DNA of 13,147 bases from Chthonomonadales bacterium (GCA_038217285.1 JBBQPO010000174.1:1-13147), one strand, 5' to 3'; counted from the stretch's first letter, positions 1 through 7,187 are shown. Translations and numbers: made by a program. The notes: a model not told the origin generated them from the sequence alone.

Positions 1-48
1 GATATCCCCCTGCCTTAATTCTGCCTCTGACGAAACATCCAGATACAT
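1..48 (-). CDS. 5' end of a gene running off the window (MYLDVSSEAELRQGDI...); possibly PemK/MazF-like
   Basis: ATG at 48-46, 8 nt after the stop of 57..500; GAGGA at 65-61; 16 open codons to the edge. LRQGDI resembles the N-terminal '(R/Q)G(D/E)I' strand of PemK/MazF-type proteins. Not in the ORF track. Confidence 0.55.
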   Translation of the reverse strand, partial: MYLDVSSEAELRQGDI

Positions 49-56
49 TTTAGGAT

Positions 57-500
57 CTATTCCTCAATGATGTCCCAGCCAGTGGACGCAAGAATAGCAG
101 TGAGGCGCCTACTAGATATGACTTCCGCAGAATCCATGACATTGAAGAAAGCGGCTAAATCCAGCCCTTCAAATCCAGTAGACGTCTCAATCTGTTCTGA
201 GGATCCCACAGGAGGAGCAACGTCCGCACATGACTTTGTGAAGGGATTCAATCCATGCCTAGAGACACTTAGATCAAAGTCGGGATGCCTTTTTTTCACA
301 ATAGTCAGATATGCACTGGACAAATCACAGAAACTACTGTCCATGTTTCTGGCACATGCCTCAGAAGTCGCTCCAAGGAAGTACTTGCTATATGTCTGAT
401 GACCTGTCGTATTCCCGGGGATACCTGGTGCCGATAGAACTATTGCTGGCGAAACCGCTAAACAGGCGAAGTTAAACTGTGCTAGAGCTTTGTTACTCAT
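57..500 (-). CDS. hypothetical protein, 147 aa
   Basis: Its start overlaps the upstream stop (ATGAGTAA, 500-493), suggesting translational coupling. No family recognised. Confidence 0.6.
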   Translation of the reverse strand: MSNKALAQFNFACLAVSPAIVLSAPGIPGNTTGHQTYSKYFLGATSEACARNMDSSFCDLSSAYLTIVKKRHPDFDLSVSRHGLNPFTKSCADVAPPVGSSEQIETSTGFEGLDLAAFFNVMDSAEVISSRRLTAILASTGWDIIEE

Positions 501-1248
501 GAGGTTTTAGCTCCTTCAAAAGACTACGCGTCTTATCGGTTATGCACTCCTCAAAGAGGGCATAGATAGCATCATGGCTCGTTTCTAACAAGTCTTCCAG
601 ATGGTCTAAGCTCCAGTTTGGAGATAGGTTGACGGTATACCCTAGATCTAACACGAATCCAAATTCTTCAGCTGGTAGATCGAGATCTCGGGAAACTCCA
701 ACAGCTAAGAGATGATCATCTTGGACCAGCCACTGACACTGCACGGTGCAGACATTGTATGGTTTCCGAGAATCCGGCAACGTTGGATATATGGTTAACC
801 AGTCTGCTATCGGAACCGCAGAACTATCCAGACGCTTATCAGCAGGTATCCGTATTCGATTGATATAGCGCAGACCAAACTGCTTGAACACCGTGGGTTC
901 TACTACATTGGAGCATCTAGCCATGGCTTCCAACACAACTGGGCGAAACGTTTCCCATCCAGGATATGGCTTTACATGATTGATCGAAAATAAAAACGGA
1001 CTTACCTGTATCAGCGTTGTACCCGCAGAATTTCCAAAGCGCATTAAAATAGGAGGAACCTGTCGCGCCTCTGGTGGCTGCGGCATGAATCCCATATCCT
1101 GCGCAGTCTCAAAGCCTAAGTCGCGAATCTTGTCCAACACGAGACCGTACGCTGCAGGTGTCCAGGATGCTGGGACATCGAAGAATACCTGGCAGAAAAC
1201 CTCGCCGATGTAATCATTAGTGTATTTTTCGTGCGCGGCGTCTGTCAT
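493..1248 (-). CDS. TIGR04255-family protein (sporadically distributed, function unknown)
   Basis: 251 aa with the family pattern 'EVFCQVFF', 'LIQVSP..FSINHVKPYPGWETF', 'FGLRYINRI', 'FVLDL', 'H..IY.LFE.CIT'. Confidence 0.8.
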   Translation of the reverse strand: MTDAAHEKYTNDYIGEVFCQVFFDVPASWTPAAYGLVLDKIRDLGFETAQDMGFMPQPPEARQVPPILMRFGNSAGTTLIQVSPFLFSINHVKPYPGWETFRPVVLEAMARCSNVVEPTVFKQFGLRYINRIRIPADKRLDSSAVPIADWLTIYPTLPDSRKPYNVCTVQCQWLVQDDHLLAVGVSRDLDLPAEEFGFVLDLGYTVNLSPNWSLDHLEDLLETSHDAIYALFEECITDKTRSLLKELKPHE

Positions 1249-1539
1249 GAAATCTCATCTCGGCTTTGCCACTGCAAGTGACTTGGGTTATGTCCTGCAT
1301 CCTAAAGTATATTCTATGATACGCAGGGAAACCTATTAAGGTTTGAGAGCTTTATAATAGCACAGAAAGCCATCGAAGGCCATATAGCACGTCCGTCTAC
1401 GTGCAGGGATTCCCGGCTTCAAAACGGTAGTGCGCGCTACATGGATATGCTGTAGGGAAGAATGGGACAGAGATGCTTCCTGCTAAAACAATACCCTCCG
1501 TTAAGCGCAGGATATTTCAGAGCGCGAAACGATCACTTA

Positions 1540-1568
1540 ATTATACTCAAGCCAGCTCAATTTGTCAA
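1540..1568 (-). promoter_or_regulatory. consensus sigma70 promoter facing the TIGR04255 operon
   Basis: TTGACA (1568-1563), 17 nt, TATAAT (1545-1540); predicted TSS ~1533. Confidence 0.8.
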
Positions 1569-1782
1569 CCGACCTATTTTCCCTTATCCCCCTGTCAGTC
1601 CGCTCTTGTGCTCTGAAAGGAACTTTTGGACAGTCGCAGCAACCAACGCTCCATCTTGTTGCCCCGGATGAGATCAAAGCAACGGCGGTTACGAAGCTAC
1701 TGCTATTGCACGGCTCCTTAGCTGGTATATAAATGCCCAAAAAGCCCTGCCTGCTCCGAAGGGTTAAAATAGGTCGGAGACA
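1563..1782. repeat. imperfect inverted repeat pair, 1563-1585 and 1759-1782
   Basis: TGTCaaCCGACCTATTTT--CCCTT versus the reverse complement of the right copy, TGTCt-CCGACCTATTTTaaCCCTT; perfect 12-bp core (1569-1580 / 1766-1777). Confidence 0.6.
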
Positions 1783-1791
1783 GCCAGGGCT
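1739..1791 (-). terminator. intrinsic terminator of the SorC-family regulator gene
   Basis: Imperfect stem AGCCCTGCCTGCTCCGA (1743-1759) / TCGGAGACAGCCAGGGCT (1774-1791); U-run on the minus strand (AAAAA 1739-1743); about 25 nt after the stop. Confidence 0.7.
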
Positions 1792-1815
1792 ACAAAAGGG
1801 TGGCACAATTGAGGA

Positions 1816-3117
1816 TCAGGGGCGACGGGTGGAGCTTCGCTTCGCTTCGAGCAGACGCACCGCCGTCTCGCGGTCGGTGCAGAGGTCGTGGACGATCGGC
1901 TGACTCCAGCCCATCGCCTGCCACTCCAGCACCGAGCGAATCGCGTCCACTTTCGACGCGCCGCCAGCCACAACGACCACTTTCGGGACAAGGTACAACT
2001 GCTCGAAGGTGATCGAGAGCAGCCGCTCGTTGATGGCCTGGACATAGGCGTTCAGTTCCGCCAGCTTCGCGGGCGCCAGATGCTTGCGGGCCGCCAGCGT
2101 CACGAACAGTCGGTTACAAAGGTCACCAACCGCGCACGAGATCAGCTTGTTGCCGTTTCCGGAGATCTGCTCGATCAGTTCGATCATCTTGCCGAGTTCC
2201 GGCTGCAGGTTGCCCAGCATCGGCTCATGCAGACCCACGATGAAGCGGTGGCCGGATTTGGCCCGTACGCCCCCGATACCGACCAGCGCGAGGGTCGGCA
2301 CACAGACGTCGTCTTCCCCGTTCTGCACCATACCGTGGCCGACGCCCTGTTTCGATTTCTCTTCCCACACCTGCGGGGAGATCCAGCGGCCCGGCCCCTC
2401 GGCCAGCCACTCCGGGATCATCTCCGGCGACTTCACCGCAACGGGCAGACTGAGGCGGATCAACTCGGCATCCGGGAAGGCGCGCGCCAGCCAGGCACCG
2501 CTGATATCGGCGTCCATCGCACGGCGGGCGTCCGGGCTCTCCATGCTCCAGACTTCGGCGGCGATGTTCCCGTTCATGCTGACGACTTTGACGCCGCGCA
2601 CATTGCGCTTGTCGAAGATGTGCTTATTGAACAGGCTTTCGCAGGCGTAGAAAACGGCGCGTCCCGACGAGAGGGCGACAATCTCGTTCTGCCTGACGAT
2701 GGTATCCAGGTATTCGGAGCAGAGCTGACCGAGCGCCTGGTGCAGGCGGTCATCGGCAAGCGAGCTTTCCAAAGTCTCTTCATGCCCGGTGGCATCGGCG
2801 ACGATAGCCGACTGAAGTTCATAAGCCGCGACGAGTTCACGCTCGAGTGATTCAATACGCGGGGGTTTGAAAGGCGCGTTTTCATCGATATGGACGCGCA
2901 CAATGCCGGTATCCAGTGCAAAGCGATAGAGGCGTGAGATGGTGCTGGCGTCGATATGCGCCAGTTCCGGCTCGGATTTCGTCAACTGTTGCAGAATCTC
3001 TTTCTGCTCCAGGCGATCTACTAAGACCATTTTGGCGATACGCGCAGCAAGCCGGCGGCGTTCTCCCGGATCGAGCGCTGGCCTTCGACCGCGTCGTTTC
3101 TCTCCCGATAGGGTCAT
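1816..3117 (-). CDS. SorC/DeoR(LsrR)-family sugar-binding transcriptional regulator, 433 aa
   Basis: N-terminal HTH 'QKEI...STISRLYRFALDTGIVRVHI', 'LERELVAAYELQSAIV', 'ALSSGRAV', 'AVGDLCNRLF', 'VVVVAGGASKVDAIRSVL', 'LCTDRETA'. Start moved from 3315 to ATG 3117 (AAAGGA upstream; promoter at 3195-3224). Confidence 0.88.
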   Translation of the reverse strand: MTLSGEKRRGRRPALDPGERRRLAARIAKMVLVDRLEQKEILQQLTKSEPELAHIDASTISRLYRFALDTGIVRVHIDENAPFKPPRIESLERELVAAYELQSAIVADATGHEETLESSLADDRLHQALGQLCSEYLDTIVRQNEIVALSSGRAVFYACESLFNKHIFDKRNVRGVKVVSMNGNIAAEVWSMESPDARRAMDADISGAWLARAFPDAELIRLSLPVAVKSPEMIPEWLAEGPGRWISPQVWEEKSKQGVGHGMVQNGEDDVCVPTLALVGIGGVRAKSGHRFIVGLHEPMLGNLQPELGKMIELIEQISGNGNKLISCAVGDLCNRLFVTLAARKHLAPAKLAELNAYVQAINERLLSITFEQLYLVPKVVVVAGGASKVDAIRSVLEWQAMGWSQPIVHDLCTDRETAVRLLEAKRSSTRRP

Positions 3118-3194
3118 TGGGTAGTATTTCCTTTCATTCACGCGGTTCCACGCTATTGAAGCCACAGTAATAGTATAGCCCACGCTTACAATAA

Positions 3195-3224
3195 ATTCTA
3201 CCTGTTTCATACGTGGAATGTCAA
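3195..3224 (-). promoter_or_regulatory. sigma70 promoter of the regulator
   Basis: TTGACA (3224-3219), 18 nt, TAGAAT (3200-3195). Confidence 0.6.
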
Positions 3225-3395
3225 ATTCTTGTTGTACAAGCAATCCGAGCATAGGCTTGCAAATATCTGCGCCTCCGAAAGGGTGTTTCTGCGGTAGGAG
3301 TTGCCACCGATGCAAATTCCGCTTACATAAATCTGTATTATCCGTTCCGTTGAGTCTTTTGCAGAAAAAACTTTTTCAATCTATCGCTATATCTA

Positions 3396-3424
3396 TTGAC
3401 AGCACGTGCGTAATGGGTTATAAT
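3396..3424 (+). promoter_or_regulatory. consensus sigma70 promoter
   Basis: TTGACA (3396-3401), 17 nt, TATAAT (3419-3424); predicted TSS ~3431. Confidence 0.85.
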
Positions 3425-3430
3425 AAGGGC

Positions 3431-3535
3431 GAAGGTATCCTTCTTTCTCGTCCTCAATTGTTTTGTGTTCGTCAGGCAGACTTCGGTGTGCTTGCGTCCA
3501 CGCCCGGCTTCAATGGCGAAGTCGGGCATTTTTTT
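3431..3535 (+). ncRNA. candidate ~105-nt small RNA (or attenuated leader)
   Basis: Bounded by a perfect promoter and an intrinsic terminator. Contains a 5' hairpin GAAGG-tat-CCTTC, a pyrimidine-rich linker and a cUUCGg-capped hairpin (3473-3494). No RBS-led ORF inside. Confidence 0.6.
3502..3535 (+). terminator. rho-independent terminator
   Basis: GCCCGGCTTC-aatggc-GAAGTCGGGC (10 bp, one G-U) followed by ATTTTTTT. Confidence 0.85.
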
Positions 3536-3602
3536 GTCAGGAAATAGGAGGCACCGAGGAAGAAAGGATTCGAGCAGGAAAAAAGGCAGAGAGGGGACGC
3601 GC

Positions 3603-3630
3603 TTTGTCGGTCTTAGATATGTCGTATAAT
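3603..3630 (+). promoter_or_regulatory. probable proximal promoter of the catabolic operon
   Basis: TATAAT at 3625-3630, 37 nt upstream of the ATG; the -35 is weak (TTTGTC); GGAGG RBS follows. Confidence 0.45.
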
Positions 3631-3667
3631 CTTTCTGGTATACGGCGAGCAGCGGAGGGGGTATTAG

Positions 3668-4597
3668 ATGCATTATAGGAAGTTGGGGAGGACGGGGCTG
3701 GAGGTTTCGGTTCTGGGGTTCGGTGGGTCGCCGCTGGGGGGCGTGTTTGGGGAGGTGGACGCGAGCGAGTGTGTGCGTACCGTGCATGCGGCCATCGATG
3801 CGGGGATCAACTACTTCGATGTCGCGCCTTTTTATGGCCTTACGCGGGCCGAGAGCATGCTGGGCCGGTGCCTCGCCGGGATTCCACGGGAGAAGTATCT
3901 GCTTTCGACCAAGGTCGGGCGGTATGGGGCGGATGATTTCGATTTTTCGGCGGCGCGGGTTACGCGGAGTGTTGAGGAGAGTTTGGAGCGGCTTGGGCTG
4001 GAAACGATCGATCTGCTGCTCTGCCATGACATCGAGTATGCTTCCCTGGATCAGATCGTTGAGGAGACGCTGCCGGCGCTGCGTCAAATTCAGGCGGCGG
4101 GCAAAGTCCGGTTTCTGGGCGTGAGCGGTTTGCCGTTGCAGATTTTTCGCACCGTACTGGATCGCGCCGATCTGGACTTTATTCTATCCTACTGCCACTA
4201 TAGCCTGAACGACACCTCCCTGGAGAGCCTGTTGCCGAGGCTGCGGGAGCGCGGGGTCGGAGTCATCAATGCCTCCGCGCTCGGCATGGGGCTGCTGACC
4301 GACAGGCCGCTCCCGGAGTGGCATCCCGCTCCGCCGGAGCTTCGGAAGGCTGCGGCGGAGGCGGCGGACTACTGTCGGGCGCAGGGAGTCGAGCTTGCCC
4401 ACCTCGGCCTTCAGTTCGCGCTGGCCCATCCGGAGATCGCTACGACGCTCGTCGGCATCGCGGATCAGGCGACTCTGGAGAAGAACCTGGCGGCGCTTAA
4501 ATTCGCTCCTGATCCCGAACTGCTGCGAAACGTGCAGGAGATTCTGCGTCCTGTCCATAACCTGATGTGGCCCACCGGCAGACCGGAGAATAGTTGA
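3668..4597 (+). CDS. aldo/keto reductase, L-galactose dehydrogenase-like
   Basis: 'YRKLGRTGLEVSVLGFGGSPLGGVFG', catalytic 'YFDVAPFYG', 'STKVGRYG', 'CHDIEY', 'ILSYCHY', 'GVINAS.LGMGLLT..LPEWHPA', as in the L-galactose dehydrogenase subgroup. Confidence 0.88.
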   Translation: MHYRKLGRTGLEVSVLGFGGSPLGGVFGEVDASECVRTVHAAIDAGINYFDVAPFYGLTRAESMLGRCLAGIPREKYLLSTKVGRYGADDFDFSAARVTRSVEESLERLGLETIDLLLCHDIEYASLDQIVEETLPALRQIQAAGKVRFLGVSGLPLQIFRTVLDRADLDFILSYCHYSLNDTSLESLLPRLRERGVGVINASALGMGLLTDRPLPEWHPAPPELRKAAAEAADYCRAQGVELAHLGLQFALAHPEIATTLVGIADQATLEKNLAALKFAPDPELLRNVQEILRPVHNLMWPTGRPENS

Positions 4598-4630
4598 GGG
4601 TTGGCTGCCGGGAACAGGAAGAGGAACAGC

Positions 4631-5749
4631 ATGACGGGAATGCCGGAGACGATTTTACAGTTCGGAAGCGGGCGGTTCCTGCGGGGATTCGTGGACCTGT
4701 TTGCGCATCAGGCCAACGAGACAGGACAGCCTGCCGGACGTATCGTCATGGTGCAGTCCACGGAGGGCGAGCGGGCGCGGCAGATGAACGCCAACGGCTG
4801 TCGTTACCATGTCCTGATCCGTGGGTTGCAGAACGGAGTTACGATAGACGAGACGACCGAGGTGCAGAGCGTGTCCCGCGCGCTCATGGCGCAGGCGGAG
4901 TGGGAGGAGGTCGCGGATGTGGCCTGTTCGCCGGACCTGCGCATGGTCGTCTCCAACACCACCGAGACGGGCCTGACGCTGCTGCCGCAGGACGACGACC
5001 GCGCGGGCAACAGCCCGCTCTCCTTTCCGGCCCGGCTCACGGAGCTGCTCAACCTGCGCTACGAGGCGGGTCTGCCCGGCCTGACAATACTTCCCTGCGA
5101 GCTGGTCGAGAACAACGCCGATACCCTGCTGGCGCTGGCGCTTGAGCAGGCCCGACGCTGGGGATGGGAAGGCCGCTTCACCTACTGGCTGGAGACCGAG
5201 TGCCGCTGGCTCAATACACTGGTGGATCGGATCGTGACGGAGCGGCCGGAGGGGCATCCGCTGCTGGAGAGTGACCCGCTGCTGACGGTGGCGGAGCCAT
5301 TCGCTCTCTGGGCCATCGAGGGCTCCGGGCAGGAGCCGCGTGTCTTCGAACACCCTTCCATTCTGCGGTCGCTGGATGTGGGCCGCTACTGGCTGCGGAA
5401 GGTGCGTATTCTCAACGGCGCCCATACCGCGCTCGTCACGCGCGCCCTGCCGCTGGGCTATGTCACGGTACGGGAGGCGATGGCCGATCCTCAGATCCGC
5501 GAATGGCTGCACGAGCTGCTCTTTACCGAGATTGTTCCCACGCTGGCGGAGCGTGTGGAGGAGGGCGAGACGTTCGCACATCAGACACTCGAGCGGTTCG
5601 CCAATCCGTTTTTGAACCATCAACTGCGTGACATCGCCGTAAACCAGGCGCAAAAGCTCGCCATTCGGCTCCGGCCCACGGCGGAGGAGTACACGGCGCA
5701 GTTCGGCAAGCCGCCTCGCCTGCTGACCGAAATTCTGGCCGGGGCCTGA
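4631..5749 (+). CDS. uxaB: tagaturonate reductase / altronate oxidoreductase (mannitol dehydrogenase family), short form
   Basis: 'ILQFGSGRFLRGFVD', 'VVSNTTETG', 'SFPARLT', 'ILPCELVENNAD', 'NTLVDRIV', 'AEPFALWAIE', 'RKVRILNGAHT', 'ERFANPFL.H'. ATG 4631 (GAGGA RBS) preferred to TTG 4601. Confidence 0.85.
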   Translation: MTGMPETILQFGSGRFLRGFVDLFAHQANETGQPAGRIVMVQSTEGERARQMNANGCRYHVLIRGLQNGVTIDETTEVQSVSRALMAQAEWEEVADVACSPDLRMVVSNTTETGLTLLPQDDDRAGNSPLSFPARLTELLNLRYEAGLPGLTILPCELVENNADTLLALALEQARRWGWEGRFTYWLETECRWLNTLVDRIVTERPEGHPLLESDPLLTVAEPFALWAIEGSGQEPRVFEHPSILRSLDVGRYWLRKVRILNGAHTALVTRALPLGYVTVREAMADPQIREWLHELLFTEIVPTLAERVEEGETFAHQTLERFANPFLNHQLRDIAVNQAQKLAIRLRPTAEEYTAQFGKPPRLLTEILAGA

Positions 5750-5761
5750 AAGTCCATCACC

Positions 5762-6778
5762 ATGCAAACAATCGTTCTCGAAGAGCCGGGGCGTTTTATC
5801 CTGACCGATACGCCGGAGCCGGAGGCGCCCGGCCCCGACGAAGCCCTCGTGCGAGTGCGGCGCGTCGGCATCTGCGGCACCGACCTGCATGCCTATCGCG
5901 GCAAACAGCCCTTCTTCACCTATCCCCGCATTCTGGGGCATGAGCTGGGCGTCGAGATCGTGGCGCTCGGCTCCTCCAGCGAGACCTTAAAGGTGGGAGA
6001 CCGGTGTGCGGTGGAGCCCTATCTGAACTGTGGGGAGTGCATCGCCTGCCGCAAGGGCAAAACCAACTGCTGCGCGCGCCTCAAGGTGCTCGGCGTCCAT
6101 ATCGACGGCGGGATGCGCAGCTTCGTGCGGGTGCCCATGAACAAACTCCACAAGTCGGACACGCTGTCGCTGGAGCAGCTCGCGCTGGTGGAGACGCTTG
6201 GGATCGGGGCGCATGCGGTGGACCGGGCCGGGATCGAACCAGGGGAGTTCGCCCTTGTCATCGGAACCGGGCCGATCGGCCTCTCCGTCATTCAGTTCGC
6301 CCAGGCGGCAGGGGCGCGGGTGATTGCGCTGGATACCAACACCCATCGCCTGACGTTCGCCCAGGAGCGCATGGGCATCGAACATATCGTTGCTGCACAG
6401 GAAGGCCCTCTGGCGGCTATCGAAACCATCACCGGCGGCGATCTGCCGACGGTAGTCTTCGATGCCACCGGCAACGCCGACTCGATGCAGGGCGCGTTTC
6501 AGTATGTGGCTCCCGGCGGACGTCTGGTCTTCGTCGGGCTGTTTCTCGGCGATGTCCGCTTCTACGATCCGGACTTTCATCGCAAAGAGATCACGCTCCT
6601 CGCGACCCGCAACTCCACCGGCAGAGATTTCCAGCGTATCCTCACCCTGCTGGAGGCGGGCAAAGTAGATACCGATCCCTGGATCACGCACCGTGCCGAA
6701 GCCGCGGAGATGACCGCCCATTTTCCAAGCTGGCTGGAGCCTGAGAACCGTGTCCTGAAAGCCGTCGTCACCTTCTGA
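5762..6778 (+). CDS. zinc-dependent dehydrogenase, L-galactonate 5-dehydrogenase (LgoD/YjjN)-like
   Basis: 'VGICGTDLHAY.GKQPFFTYPRILGHE', structural Zn motif 'CGECIACRKGKTNCC', 'LKVLGVHIDGGM', 'GTGPIG', 'DATGN', 'DPDFHRKEITLLATRN'. Confidence 0.85.
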   Translation: MQTIVLEEPGRFILTDTPEPEAPGPDEALVRVRRVGICGTDLHAYRGKQPFFTYPRILGHELGVEIVALGSSSETLKVGDRCAVEPYLNCGECIACRKGKTNCCARLKVLGVHIDGGMRSFVRVPMNKLHKSDTLSLEQLALVETLGIGAHAVDRAGIEPGEFALVIGTGPIGLSVIQFAQAAGARVIALDTNTHRLTFAQERMGIEHIVAAQEGPLAAIETITGGDLPTVVFDATGNADSMQGAFQYVAPGGRLVFVGLFLGDVRFYDPDFHRKEITLLATRNSTGRDFQRILTLLEAGKVDTDPWITHRAEAAEMTAHFPSWLEPENRVLKAVVTF

Positions 6779-6781
6779 ACG

Positions 6782-6804
6782 GCCGCCCTGTTTCGCCGGG
6801 CGGC
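6782..6804. terminator. GC-rich hairpin between convergent genes
   Basis: GCCGCCC...GGGCGGC 7-bp stem; no clear U-tract. Confidence 0.4.
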
Positions 6805-6818
6805 ACTAGCCGGAGCGT

Positions 6819-7133
6819 TCACTCCTCGTCGAACTCGTCTCCGCCTGCTCTGTGTAGCGTGACGCGAACGGAGTTTTCGACGAACTGCGTGATGCCCTCT
6901 TCCTGCCGGAGCACCTTGATCTGTTTGTCCAGTTCCTGAATTTTCGCCTGAAGACGCGTCTGTTCCGCCGGGTCTTTGGCCCGCTCGCGCTCCCGCTGCA
7001 TGCCGTCGCGCCGCTGTTCGAGCGTGGTCCGCATCAGGTGTAACTCCTGCGCGCGGGGATTCTCGCCCAGTACCTCCGCAATTGCCTGCTCCTCTTCGGA
7101 GAGCGCGGGCTCTTCTTTTTCAACTCTACGCAT
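6819..7133 (-). CDS. small charged coiled-coil hypothetical protein, 104 aa
   Basis: ATG 7133 with AGGAG 7 nt upstream (the ORF-track start 7238 lies across a terminator); heptad-like 'LQAKIQELDKQIKVLRQEE'. Confidence 0.75.
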   Translation of the reverse strand: MRRVEKEEPALSEEEQAIAEVLGENPRAQELHLMRTTLEQRRDGMQRERERAKDPAEQTRLQAKIQELDKQIKVLRQEEGITQFVENSVRVTLHRAGGDEFDEE

Positions 7134-7187
7134 ACGCCTGCTCCTGACATCGGTATTTTCAAGGGTTTGTGCGGCCGCACAGGCTCT

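Noticed and set aside
61-68. 8-nt complementarity between the candidate sRNA (UCCUCAAU) and the RBS of the QGDI gene; also an 11-nt match at 1805-1815
   Set aside because: Too short and mostly generic anti-SD sequence; the second match has the same sense as the regulator mRNA, so it cannot pair with it.
67-399. 110-aa plus-strand ORF
   Set aside because: Antisense to 57..500, which is coupled to its operon neighbours; no recognisable motif.
1462-1806. Short ORFs 1462..1671 (+) and 1537..1806 (-)
   Set aside because: They overlap a promoter, a terminator or the inverted repeats and have no protein-like features.
1888-2850. 320-aa antisense ORF and similar long shadows (3338..4087, 4655..5941, 5987..6721, 8183..9133, 9461..10228, 10330..11148, 11592..13004)
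   Set aside because: Opposite-strand shadows of well-supported genes, expected in high-GC coding DNA.
3118-3315. 66-aa N-terminal extension of the regulator
   Set aside because: AT-rich and spans the predicted promoter; the RBS supports ATG 3117.
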